A stretch of 63,615 nt of DNA, the filler included, from Phoronis australis (lineage: Eukaryota > Animalia > Phoronida): assembly GCA_002633005.1 (NCBI GenBank). It is 6 parts of 6 records of this genome, joined end to end, with 100 filler letters (N's around TTAATTAATTAA, not from the genome) between each part and the next. Parts side by side here need not be neighbours in the genome. Positions count along the whole stretch, not along the records: positions 1 to 19,382 come from NMRA01000032.1; 5 more parts are not named here. One strand, 5' to 3'. Of the stretch, positions 1 to 11,956 are shown piece after piece (positions within the stretch are counted from its first letter, which is position 1; each line of letters starts with the position of its first letter). The notes beneath the pieces are model-generated. The model was not told the DNA's origin. It searched no databases and was given only the letters and a program-made list of their open reading frames with translations. The translations under genes were made by a program, and so were the position numbers.

Positions 1-324
1 AGTGACGATGAAAAAACAGAAGCTGCTGGTAAGATGTGAATTTTAATCGAAGCCTTAGTGAATCACTCAGAAACTCGCAATACTCTCTCTGTCAAACCTT
101 ATCTTAAGACGATTTCCAAAGCAATCCCGTCATTATTGCCAACACGAAAAACGGATTTGGTCTTTTGGGCATTTGAAGACTATTTTAAATACGACAAATT
201 TGTTAAGAATTGATGGCACAAAATATAAAACGTATAGCATTAAGAAAAGAAGTAGGTTTCGCACGCAAATGCTGTGGACCATAAACAAGTAGGTCTTTTA
301 GTATGAGAATAGTAGTTAAGTCGT

Positions 325-615
325 GGTGGTGTAGTGGTAACGCACGCGCTCTCTCTATGCGCCAGGTCGTGAGTTCGAGTCTTTGGTACGTTCAGTTTTT
401 CCTGTTGGACACGTTCTCCGTGTTTTTCTTCCTTTTTTTTCTTGGATAATACTTCAGGAATCAAGGAAAATGCTTGATTTTTAGAAAAACAGAAAAATTT
501 CCTGACTTCCCCCATTCAGTGCTATGCGCATCTACAATCGTGGTTCAGTTTGCGCAAATGCTTACAGCCGGACAAAATGTTGGGCCCCCCTTGTGATATC
601 CTAGATCCGCCACTG
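325..615 (-). mobile_element. Non-autonomous MITE (hAT-like CAGTGGCGGATC terminus), inverted copy of 17387-17652
   Basis: Ends in CTAGATCCGCCACTG (601-615). Its reverse complement aligns with 17387-17600, and both give the spurious ORF text KNQAFSLIPEVLSKKK. Left boundary approximate. Confidence 0.7.
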
Positions 616-3600
616 ATCCAACACAAGTACACAAATTAAAGTACTTTCTCATGACTAGCCACAACATATAAATGCACAATTTTTTTTCTGTCATCTTACT
701 GGGGTTTTTTTTTCGGCCAAAGGGGGAAAAGACCCCTGCACGGCAACTTTAAATCGGGGGACCAATTGAGGAGGAACTCGGTCAGAAGAATCAGAATATG
801 CCGCCTTCAGTCAAACGCTCAACCAGTTGTATTCTGAGGAATCTGAAGGACACCTTGCAACACAAACTTGTGTACACAATTTTCAAATTGTTTACTTGGA
901 CGCCTTTTAAAAAATCCTTGATCCGACCCCCCTTTAAAAAATCCTGCATCCGCTCCAGTTACCTTTGTTCTAATTGTGTTGTCATAAAACTTGCTCTAAA
1001 ACAGCGTTGTAAATACACACTGTGGCATTATTTAGTTGCATCTACATCTTGCAAGTCTGACATATTTAACAGTAATAAACCTGGCTCTGAACAAGTCTCT
1101 AGTCAAACCTGCTTTAGGATCTGAATACAGGTCTAAGGAAGATAGACCTCATTGATGAAATGAAAACTAGACTTAGACCAGGTCTAATAACTGGAGTTCA
1201 ACCATGTTTTACAAGATCACTGATCTAAAACTTACACCACCTTTATGAAATGCAGACTATCTTCAAAACAGGTCGAAGTCAAATTTAAACCAGGTTTAAC
1301 TTTAAACCAATAGCGTTCAGGGATATATTCCTGGCTATTAAAACACTTCCCAAGGGAAGTGACATCCAGCCCATAAAGGTATAATATTGCAGTGCATCCT
1401 GTGTTAATCTTACACAATATTCAATCATACACAGCCAACTGGCTAACTGACAGTGACACTTCAGTCTGTAGTCCGACAGTCACATAACCCGAGTACCAAG
1501 GAGTGAACCACAGAATAGACTATAGCATTCATTGCACAGAAGGGTGCTCTTGAATTTTGCAATGTACGAGACTACAGTTTTGATCCATCATCCTGAATAT
1601 TTTTGGTAAAGTAAACATACCGATTAACTCATGACCTACACCAGGTGGAGAGGAGAGGAAGGCCTATTAATCTAATAACTTTCAAAAGTTGCCAACTGGA
1701 TTATTAAATGGTTGCAATATTATGCCATTCCCAATGTACTGAGTATTCAAACTAGTTTCTTCCTGAGCACTACCTATGCTACATTTTGAGCAGATTGTGA
1801 GATGCCATGTTGTTAGTAACAGAGATTTTGTTAACAGACATTGGATTGGGTCCAAATTATTTTCAGAATGTCTGACTGATTTTACTTTAGTCCAGACGTT
1901 TCCCCCCGCTTCATTTATGGGAATGGTGTAGACAGTATTCGCGCTCTTTGCATTCACGTTTGTTGTGAACTGGCACGTCGTTTTGGCCAAAGTTTAATGG
2001 CCATTCTACAATTTTATTGTGTTACTCGTGGAGCTCACTTGGACGAATACTATTGGTTGCTTTTGATGCATTTCTCATGTCATCAACTAATCAGAATGGA
2101 GCTCATCTCATTAATTGGTAAGGAATTTTGTTGGTTGTTCCAATATCTTTGATTACCTCAATTGAAAAACTGTAATGTCGATCACAGCTGTATACTTTTA
2201 CAATGGCAGTGCACTAGGTTTGCATTTTCAGGGGGGAAATTCCAGCATTTTGGACAGCCAGTGTCATCTGTTTTTCCTTATGAAACAACATGTGCATTGG
2301 AAACATTGTAGTGAACACTGAGTCTGTCCATGAAAAGGCCTAAGAGACTGGATTATTTTACAAACAGAGAGATATTCCAGGTACAGACAATGACCCAAAT
2401 CCTGATACGACAGGTGATCCAGTTCCTGATCCGGATCACAGAGATAACGCGGCTCAGTTAACGAAACACAAATGCATTGAACAGCTGAATTTTTACTACT
2501 AACAACTGGATCCGAGTTCCTACACTTAACTCCAAAACTGAGAATAGGTTGTTCTCACCCAGAAGAATGAATGGCATAATTACAACATTTTGACATCCAG
2601 TGGATGTATACAATATCTTGAATATGTTGTTTCAACTGTTTTAACTTAAACTCCCTCAGAGATTTAGTCATGGAAAATGAATTTGAATTTGAGTGTTTAC
2701 TATACCCAATTACCCTGAATACATGTAATAAGATGTTGGACGAAACCGCGGACTTGATGTTGTGCAGTTTCCGCAAGATTTTCAGTTGCACACAGGTTTA
2801 TCTTCGGTGTACCAACTTCACAACATTGAATTTTGACTGACATTGCAAACATATTGACCATGAGAAAGTTGGCGCAAGACATGAGACTGAGATAAAACAT
2901 AGGCTCAACTATTCAGTCCATGTATGACTCGCTATACCAAAACATTTCAGAATGTCTACTTCGTGGGAGACAGGACATGGCTGCATAAAAGTTTACCTCT
3001 ACCATAGATTTTGGTATTTAGTCGACATACATTGACAGTGTGTGTTTTATTGATGTACAAAAATTTTTATTGGAACCAAAATCAATTTGCGCATTTCCCT
3101 AGACCATTACTTTCATCACCAATGTCATTTTTTTCTGAAAATGGGAGGCATTTGACCCATCGATGTCACAATATAGATACATCATTGCATGGTGCATTGA
3201 TAATCAGCGGTTGGGAAATGAGCCAAGATCTTGAAATGAGTCAAAATACTCCAACCAGCTGTAGGCAAACTAACGAAATTTGTATAAACTATATTTTTAG
3301 CATATTCATGTTTTTATTTGATATAAATGAGTTTGAATTTGGAGTATATAACTTTAATTTAAAGTCATTGAATACGTAGGTTTATGCTAGGTCAATGACA
3401 TCTTTATTTCCACAAAGTGAGTGTTTCTGTATTAGATGGGTTGTACACAACACTGCCTGGGGATGCGACCAATGGGGTTCCGATGCCCAACCAATGCTTT
3501 TGGGAATAAGGCGTGTTCAGTCTGAAGTAAAATTGGGCTTTCAGTCATGGAATCCTGTATCATGCAGAGAATTTCTCACTTACACTGGTCACCACTCTGA

Positions 3601-5933
3601 GTTCCTAAGCCACAGACAACTTTTACAATCCCTATTCATCACGCTCTTTGTATTGATGTAGATCTGAGCTAATGAAGTGGAAAGGTAATTGCTAGCACTA
3701 CTTTCTTAACCATGGTGGTCATTATTACACCCAAATTGTTTTTCTTTGGCATTTGCACAGAGTTAAAGAATGCAATATGGAGAGCAGTATTGGACATTTT
3801 AAATATTACAAAAAGACTAAAAAGTTAATTTGCATTGATCTTGATGAAGGGCCACTTCCAAAAGGAACGTTGGTTTTAAATATGTTTCATGCCTGTTTTC
3901 ATTACTTTATTTTAATATTCCTGTCTACTTGCTTTTTTTTTACCAGTTGGGGTTGCTATCTTTTTATTTTGTGTTTAATCGAAGCATCAAAACAAATTAT
4001 AGAAGTCAGTTAACTGTGAATCCATCCCTGAATTTTCCAGATTAGAGCTACACCAAACATGTCACAGCAAACAAAACTCCTTGTGCCATTACTGGTAGTT
4101 CAAATTTAATCATTATTAGAACTCAAATCATAACATATATGCCAATGAGCAAATATGGGGATAGCCAAACTGAAGACTTGGAACCTCTGGACAATTTTCG
4201 CTGCAGTATCTACGTAACTATTCTAGCTTTTCCTCAGTCATAAAAAATCAGTGAAATCACAGCTCTTGCCCACCAACCAACCTCATCCACTGCTTGCACT
4301 CTCTCGTTGACTACAAATGTAGCCATCTTAGTTGTCTTCACAAGTGTTCCGTTACAACTACAAGCTAACTATCGAAACTGGCGCATTTCCGCAAATAGCA
4401 GTTTTCTGGTTAGTGTACTACTCATGGAGTAAAGTAGTTCGGCATCCACTGGGCCATAAGCAATGTTTTAAAAATTATTGATATCCAATTTAGACATTGA
4501 CTCTGTGTTGTTCATAGTTGTTTCAATGTAGCTTAGTTGTATATTAAAAGAATAATCCATGTGATATTGTTAACTCTGATCACCCTTTGTATATTACCGA
4601 GTATATCAATACGCACAGTCGTTTGTCTTCAATCGAACCCAATATTTGTAGTTTTTAGCTTAATAGTTCATCGATTTTAAAAAACCGAAAACCAAACTTG
4701 GTTGTTTTTTTCATCTGAATACAGTTGTGATATTTGCTTTTAACGAAAACTGTTGGTTAATGCATTTTGAAAATTCGCCAGAATGTACAGGCAGAGGTGT
4801 TTACTACAGTTTATGGTCAGGTAATTACACTTAATTGGGTCTTGCTCGCACCGGACGATGCGGTTATGGTAACTGAGTCCGACTCTGACGCCGCGCGCTC
4901 TTTGATCCCGGTAAAAGTCGCTCCGAAGGACGAGTGGTGAAAAGTCACGCTTATCTTTAGAAATGCGTGACTTTCGTGTAAGTGTATTATTCACGGCATG
5001 TAAACCATTCCTCCAATGGTGAAGTTTGTCTTGACATATTTTGACACTTCATGACAAACGTACATGACCTAGAGAAAAAATAGCAAAATACATATCGGGT
5101 TGCGGTCGTGACAGACCGACCCAAAAAACCTCGTCTCATTTTCGAGTCAGTGGAAATTCCTGAAAAAACTACAAACCTTTATTTGACTGGTGACATGCGA
5201 TTTCACGCCTATACACATTACCTGATGGCGTTAAGTTCCACTGCCAGACCAAGCGTAATTACCATGTTTATTGCCCCTACAGCCCCAATGGGTAGTGAAC
5301 TATTGAACTCGTTGAAAAAAGTATGTCGATTAAGTTTATAGTCCCTGTAACCCTTGAGATTCTATCACGAACATTTCGCGTAGTGAAGTTGTTTTGAATT
5401 TTGACGTATGAACTGATTTTTGAAAATCTACTGGTTTTTATATGGACTGCCTCGTTAACTAATTGGGGAAAGTACCAACTAAGCACAAATTTAATACGTT
5501 GAAGTGCAGAAACATTCGAATTTTCGATGACAGACGAAACACCTTCACACTTAACTGCAATATCTGTAAATCTGGTGTACTACTCAAATACAATTTTTTA
5601 AATACACTGTGTGATATCATAAGTATTTAAAACTGGAATGGAATTTGAATACCCAGTTTTAAAAGAATAATATCCAAAAGTGAAAAACGAGACAGCTTTA
5701 CTTGTCTCTGGGAAAAATTTCGCTAACACTGCAAAAAATGACCCATTTCCTTACCACGTAAATGGTTCCCATTTGTCTTGTAAACACATTGACGCTAAAA
5801 TTATGATTTTTGCTTAAAAATTAAAGAAGTTAAGGTGGTTTAAAGTGGGACCGCAGCATCCGACCAGTGCAGTTTCCAGGGCCTGTCGGTTGACTGTGTT
5901 GCCTGTTGGTATAAGTAATATCGGGTGTGCGAA

Positions 5934-6395
5934 TGTAGTGAACCACGCTTCAGCGAGTCTATGGTAGTGACGTCACGCGGAAGTTACGTCACATCCCGGG
6001 TGTTTTCAGAATCAATGTAGAGCAGCAGTTCAGAGTTAGGGAGTTGCCGCTGTGAAGTCTGAGGGTTCAGACGTGCTATTGCTGTGTGTGTGTGTGTGTG
6101 TGTGACTTGGAATAGTCACTGTGTACATACGTTTGTATCTGTATATTAGCCTGTGTGAAGTAGTTAGTAGAGTTCAGAGTGGGATGAGGGAAGCTGAACT
6201 GAGGTAAGCCATTCTAGTAGTTTTAGTAATACTCGTTCTTCGTACTTGAGACTCGAGAGAGACAAATCGTATATCGCATTTGCAACCTTCATTAGTGCTT
6301 CAGTAGACTTTAGAGACTATAGTATATCCAGTGAGGTAAGCTGTCTTATAGTTCTATGATATATTAGACTAACGTGGTCAGGGCGGCACACAACA
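5934..6395 (+). repeat. 5' LTR
   Basis: TGTAGTGAACC...GGCACACAACA; about 95% identical by eye to 9705-10157 plus the 11886-11956 tail; internal (GT)n tract differs in length between the LTRs. Confidence 0.92.
5967..5992 (+). promoter_or_regulatory. CRE palindrome plus ETS-CRE-like composite site in LTR U3
   Basis: GTGACGTCAC followed by GCGGAAGTTACGTCAC (one mismatch from CGGAAGTGACGTCAC); identical in the 3' LTR. Confidence 0.45.
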
Positions 6396-6398
6396 TTT

Positions 6399-6412
6399 TG
6401 GTGGCAGCGGTG
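6399..6412 (+). other. Primer-binding site complementary to the tRNA-Leu 3' end
   Basis: TGGTGGCAGCGGTG, 3 nt after the LTR, is the reverse complement of ...CACCGCUGCCACCA, the 3' end of metazoan tRNA-Leu(AAG-type). Confidence 0.85.
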
Positions 6413-7185
6413 TTAGTATTCCCAAAAGAGTACTGAAATTTGGGAACCCGGTGTCCGACAAAGGGCCAAGCGGGTTGGCAGCCATATTGGATTTTCGAAT
6501 TTTTGAATTCGATTTTCTTTCTAACTCTGTAGTTTTGGTCATCAGGTTCAATTCCTGAGACAGGGTAAATAGAGTTTAGAAAGGTTAGTTTGAAAAATAC
6601 GTGGAGATAAGCATATTTTGAGATAACTTTAGGGAATTACGTCTGTGAGTAGCAAACCTCTGATTCGGAATAGCACCGAGTAGGGCAGCCATTTTGATTG
6701 GATTATCAAAGGTGGTGGAACGTCGTGAAATAATTAACGGACTTGTTAATATTTCTAGGTGTGTTTCAGGGGTGCACTTGTTTACAGCTGCTGGAATTAA
6801 TTTGCACTTAGAATTTTCAGGTGTGTCTTGTAGTAAAATTGGTTGAAACAAGGGTTGTAGTATAGTAAATCTGCCTGTGTTGGTGCTTGAAATTCACTGT
6901 TTCATTGGTAAGACAAGTGAGTTGGGAAATAAAGTATACGCGTTTTTTAATTGTTATTTTTGTGTAGTCATGGATTGCTTTAGGATGACTGCATTTGATG
7001 AAAGAGAAGGGAGAGAAGGTGAGGAGAGGTACGTCCAAAGGAAAAGATGTGGACCAATTCACCGCTCCCTAAAGATTAGAGACCATGAGGAGGGATCATT
7101 TCGCTCCAATACGTGTAATGAGGATAGGTAGGAGACGACATCAAGACTTCGGGGAGGGGATTCAGGGTACAAGACGGAGGAAAAC

Positions 7186-8537
7186 TTGAGTCAATGTCCA
7201 AGGGTGACGATGACTACTGGTGACGAGCGAGTAGAGGTTCCCACCACGGTGCACAATAGAGAGCAGCCAACAGGTGGCGAACGAGTATACCACAGTGGTG
7301 ATGTTCCTCGTGAGAGTCCAAATAGGCAAGCGATTCCCGGAAGACAGAAATCAAACGTGTCATATCAGTGCAGACCAGAGGGGGAGTATGCACTGCCTAA
7401 TGTGCTTCAGGGGCTAAAGCATATTCAATTTAACGGTTACGGAATGTTTAGGTTGCTATTTTGTAGATGGGTGCAGGCGCATCGCGTTCATGGTGATGAA
7501 GCGGTGGATTTTTTCATCACGTGTCTGGACGGCCAACGACTTGAGTTTGTGGTAGAACAGGTGAAGTCGACAACAGAGTAACCTTGAGAGAAGTCCTAGA
7601 CCTACTAGATGCATTCTACGATGAAATTACAAGTGCTGAAGTCGCTAGCTGTAATTTACACTTGGCAAAGCAGGAGGTTGACAAACCGGTAGGTGAGTGG
7701 GCTATGAGAGTGTATTTACTTGCGCTACGTGCATTTGGGATGTACAACATGGAAGTGGTACACAGAGAGGCCATTTCTCAATTCTGCATGGGAGCTTAAG
7801 ATAAGGAATGTGGCGAATTTGTGCTGCTGACTAGTCCTAGAACCATAGTGGAAGCGAAAGCTTTGATGGTGCAGAAAATGCAAGCGAGACTACGCATGCC
7901 ACTGGATTCGGTGTGCCATGTGTCAGCATTTTCAGGGTCAACACCAGCACAACAAGAGGGAATGCCAAATGTCACAGTGGGCTATGGCTTAACAGAAAAA
8001 TCTCAAAGTGTGTCTAAGCCGAGTGCAACAAAGCCAAATACAGGGAGTGAGTTTGATGAATTGATTGGAGATGTTAGCAAACAAAATGAACTGCTGGGAG
8101 AACTTGTGGAGAGATCAGTTAGGGATACTAGTGGACATCCTGGTGCGAAATCAGGGGAAAGGCCTATGGGACAAGGTCCAAGAAAGAGTAACAGACAGGG
8201 ACGTGACTATGACTGTCGTCGTTATATGCCTCAAGTGCGGAAATGTTTCCGTTGTAACCAAGAGGCTCATTTTGTGGCGCAGTGTCCTCGGACAAAAAGA
8301 CGGCTGATGCAACACTCTTCAGAATCTACAGAAAGCTGCGAAGGAGTTGTGTCTTCGGGTGACCAACGTGAGGCCAGAACGGCAAATGCAAGCAGGTATA
8401 TGGTGGGGCCTAAGTTTAACTGTTACCATGAAGGAATTGGTAGAAGGCCAACAATCCAAGTGGGCTTAGGCGAAAAAAGTGTTTCCAGTGCAATGAAGTT
8501 GGTCACTTCAGAGCACATTGTCCTGCAGCAGACATAG
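7186..8537 (+). pseudogene. gag: Retrotransposon Gag, disrupted by a frameshift near 7580 and a stop at 7797
   Basis: Capsid-like segment LAKQEVDKPVGEWAMRV...FCMGA*DKE...PRTIVEA; CX2CX4HX4C knuckle CFRCNQEAHFVAQC at 8244-8285. Confidence 0.85.
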
Positions 8538-9689
8538 GTCATCAGAACCAACCGACGTCAACGTCCAGAGGGATTGACGAGGAACTACGGTGATATTCAA
8601 GCAACGGTTGATGGTTCCATATACAATGGTGATGACTGGGGTATGTCAGTGGACGTGAATGTAAGTAGAGAAATACTTCAGATGTTGCTGAAATTCTGTG
8701 CATAAGGTTTGTACGTGCAAGGGTTGGTGCAACGGGTTTTATTAACTGTTTACACAATTTGGTGCATGAGGAGTAGATTTTCGAGAATGTTTTAAGGAAT
8801 GGGAGAATTGGATAAAACACAATCGAAATACTGTGTAATGATTACTGTTAATGTTTTTAAAGGTTTGGTTGGTACAATGCTGAGACCTCAGACATCTTCA
8901 TTCAAGTGGATGGTGAAAGTGCAATGAGGGCATGATACCAATGGGAATCAAGGACCTTGTGCAGTCACGAAAACGGGTGTGGTATCTGCACGATTTAACC
9001 AGGTCTCAGATGATCAAGGTCGCAGGAAGAAGATGGCCAGTAGGGAACTGTTTACCATTTGAGTGCCTGGAAAGTTCCTGGTTGAGTGGCTGATGGATAC
9101 AGCGTCTTCCAGTGACGGAGGAGCTGACGTGGTACGTGGGAAGCCAGCGTCGAAGGGAGCGTCGGTAGCGAACTTGCCAGGGGTCAATCCCTTTTCCCAA
9201 GGGAATGCCACTGCAAGCGGGAAGCCGGCGTCGAAAGGGGCGTTGGTGGCGAGTTTGGCATCAGTCCCATCTCGTCGGGGGTTAATCCCCTTCCCGACTA
9301 GAAGACACATTGAAACAACCATGGGAGTCACCACATCAGTGCCTGATGAAAGTTATGAGGGTGAGTACTCAAGCAATAATTTAACATCCTTGTTTCATTA
9401 AGGGGAAAATGTAGAAAAGGAAGGAGGGAAAGTGTATGGTGAATGTGGACGAGTGTATGAGAAGAAAGATGGAGCAAAAGCTAAGACTCCGTTTTGTGTG
9501 CGTATTGAGTGGGAATACATACAGGAATATAGTTAGGTAGTGTGTAAATATGTTCAGTTACTACTTTTGTCTTTTCTATTGTTTTCATTTTTTGGAAATT
9601 AGTTTTTGCAGCTAAGAAGCACAGTCTCCGGCAATGAGGTATTCAATTAGGAAAAGAACCGAAGAACCCGGGAACATCCTCCTTCAAAT

Positions 9690-9704
9690 AGGGTTGGGAG
9701 GAAA
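9690..9704 (+). other. Polypurine tract
   Basis: AGGGTTGGGAGGAAA directly abuts the TGT start of the 3' LTR. Confidence 0.8.
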
Positions 9705-10157
9705 TGTAGAGAACCGCGCTCCAGCGAGTCTATGGTAGTGACGTCACGCGGAAGTTACGTCACATCCCGGGTGTTTTCAGAATCCTTTAGAGCAGCAGTT
9801 CAGAGTTAGGGTGTTGCCGCTGTGAAGTCTGAGGGTTCAGATGTGCTATTGCTGTGTGTGTGTGTGACTTGGAATAATCACTGTGTACATACGTTTATAT
9901 CTCTATATTAGCTTGCGTGAAGTAGTTAGTAGAGTTGAGAGTGGGATGAGGGAAGCTGATCTGAGGTAAGCCGTTCTAGTAGTTTTAGTAATACTCGTTC
10001 TTCGTACTTGAGACTCGAGAGAGACAAGATGTATATCGCATTTCCGACCTTCATTAGTGCTTCAGTAGACTTTAGAGATTATAGTATATCCAGTGAGGTA
10101 AGCTGTCTTATAGTTCTATGTCTATGATATATTACTAGACTAACGTGGTCAGGGCGG
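9705..10157 (+). repeat. 3' LTR, main part
   Basis: Colinear with the 5' LTR up to GGTCAGGGCGG, then interrupted 9 nt before the LTR end. Confidence 0.9.
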
Positions 10158-11885
10158 TGTCGCGTGAAATTTCTTCCCTGTGAAATTTCTTCCCAATCTG
10201 ACTTTGCGCATGCGCAGATTGGCCAGGTTGGCATCCGGTCTTAAGAGCGTGAAATATCTTCCCAGGGCACTTCTGTACGCTACAGTGAGACAGTTGAGTG
10301 GTTATCTGCTATGAACACGAATATTCCAGACGTTTTTTTGCAAAGACGCATGATCTCAAGTACAGTGAGAGTGACGTGAAGAAGTTTTTGGAGGATGGAT
10401 CCCATCCGTTGACTTTGATGAAGAGTCAGCGCAAGGCTTTACGAAGTTGTGCCAAGGACTTTCGCCGTTTCGGTTAGGTAGTCGACTAAAGTGATAGGCC
10501 TATTCTGTTGCAATTATTATTGACCCAGGTTTCAAAAAGTTAAGTGAAATCTGTTGAGCCTACATTTGCTATAATAAAACTGAAGTATGTTTGTTGTTGT
10601 TAAGCAAGGTTATCATGTCATTCGCAAGTCTAGGCAATGACCATCGCCTCTGTTGGCCCGAAGCAGAGGCGATGTAGAGGCTATAGGCGCTCTGTACGCC
10701 GGAAGCTTTTCGGCGAATTATGCCTCGCACCGACTAAACCATCAAAGTCACGTTGTTCTAAATACCTTTTGCGCATAGAGGAACACCTTAGGAGGTTGTC
10801 GATGTGTTTAATTCCTTCCAACTCGAACAAATACTCCCGTTATGAAACTTTTTCTTCGAGCAGTCCCTATTTCAGTTCCCAAAATCGTGAAATCAACTTT
10901 TTCATTTTTTTAACCAGGCCGAAGGTCAGAAGTTGCGGACCTACCGGCGAACTTTGAAAGCTGAAGTTCCCGCCCTTCGCGTACGTGCTGCCGGGAACCA
11001 GCCGTGCATTTGCCGTGTTGTTAAACATTAAAATGTCAAATATGTGCAAAAAGACTATTAAATGTCATATCAACAGCATTTGTTTTTATCAAATACAAAC
11101 AATGATTCATTGAAATACAATCAGTTTCAAGTAACGCCAATTAAAGACAAGTATAAGTGGTGGCATTTTGGAAACGAACATTTGACTGCCAAGACCGCAA
11201 TGGCTCACCTTTGGCCTATTTAAAGATTGAGGTCATGAATTGGAGCGTGCGCAGTATAAAAAAGTTGAGTTCACGATTTTGGGAACTGAAATAGGGACTG
11301 CTCGAAGAAAAAGTTTCATAACGGGAGTATTTGTTCGAGTTGGAAGGAATTAAACACATCGACAACCTCCTAAGGTGTTCCTCTATGCGCAAAAGGTATT
11401 TGTAACAACGTGACTTTGATGGTTTAGTCGGTGCGAGGCATAATTCGCCGAAAAGCTTCCGGCGTACAGAGCGCCTATAGCCTCTACATCGCCTCTGCTT
11501 CGGGCCAACAGAGGCGATGGTCATTGCCTACCTCATCAGGTGTTCCTCTATGCGCAAAAGGTATTTATAACAACGTGACTTTGATGGTTTAGTCGGTGCG
11601 AGGCAAAATTCGCCGAAAAGCTTCCGGCGTACAGAGCGCCTATAGCCTCTACATCGCCTCTGCTTCGGGCCAACAGAGGCGATGGTCATTGCCTATCGCA
11701 AGTCAAACCCTGTAGCTGTAGTGTACTAGTCTCTGCATTTAGCCAAAATATTTACAGATTACTCCAACCTAGTAGACAACCTAGGAATGATATATTTTCT
11801 AATTCTAAATGTTGAAAGTCAATGGTTTGATTTTAGTCTGTATATTTTCTGTGTGGTATTAATTACACAACACGTTCCTAAATCC
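10158..11885 (+). mobile_element. Truncated Ginger-like (Gypsy-integrase-related) DNA transposon 5' fragment
   Basis: Starts TGTCGC with repeated GTGAAATTTCTTCCC. 10358-10474 translates KYSESDVKKFLEDGSHPLTLMKSQRKALRSCAKDFRRFG, resembling the GIN/Ginger N-terminus (YL..G.YP.....KR.LR..AK.F). No right TIR found. Confidence 0.55.
10631..11695. mobile_element. Foldback/MULE-like non-autonomous element with about 270-bp TIRs and a 9-bp TSD
   Basis: TIRs 10631-10905 and 11258-11530 (TAGGCAATGACC...GGTCATTGCCTA); extra outer right-TIR copy 11538-11695; perfect TSD TCGCAAGTC at 10622-10630 and 11696-11704. Confidence 0.88.
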
Positions 11886-11956
11886 TAGTTCTATGTCTAC
11901 TCTATAATGATAATTGATATTAGACTAAGTTAACGTGGTCAGGGCGGCACACAACA
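11886..11956 (+). repeat. Duplicated terminal segment of the 3' LTR, including the true LTR end
   Basis: TAGTTCTATGTCTA...TAACGTGGTCAGGGCGGCACACAACA repeats 10111-10157 and completes the LTR. Confidence 0.85.

Larger units (their letters stand above)
5934..11956 (+). mobile_element. Full-length non-autonomous Ty3/Gypsy-type LTR retrotransposon (gag only, no recognisable pol); 3' LTR interrupted by nested insertions
   Basis: TG...CA direct LTRs, PBS, decayed gag with CCHC knuckle, PPT. Flanks CGAA (5930-5933) and CGAG (11957-11960) fit a 4-bp TSD with one mismatch. Confidence 0.9.

Noticed and set aside
1-34. Possible exon end SDDEKTEAA with donor GTAAGA
   Set aside because: Too short, and no partner exon was identified.
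1682-2900. Minus-strand pieces vaguely like a LINE C-terminus (ICSKC...EET; KQHIQD...W)
   Set aside because: Too decayed; no RT motif to anchor the call.
10637-11524. Twin 106-aa and 102-aa ORFs on opposite strands
   Set aside because: They are the two TIRs read in mirror image, not genes.
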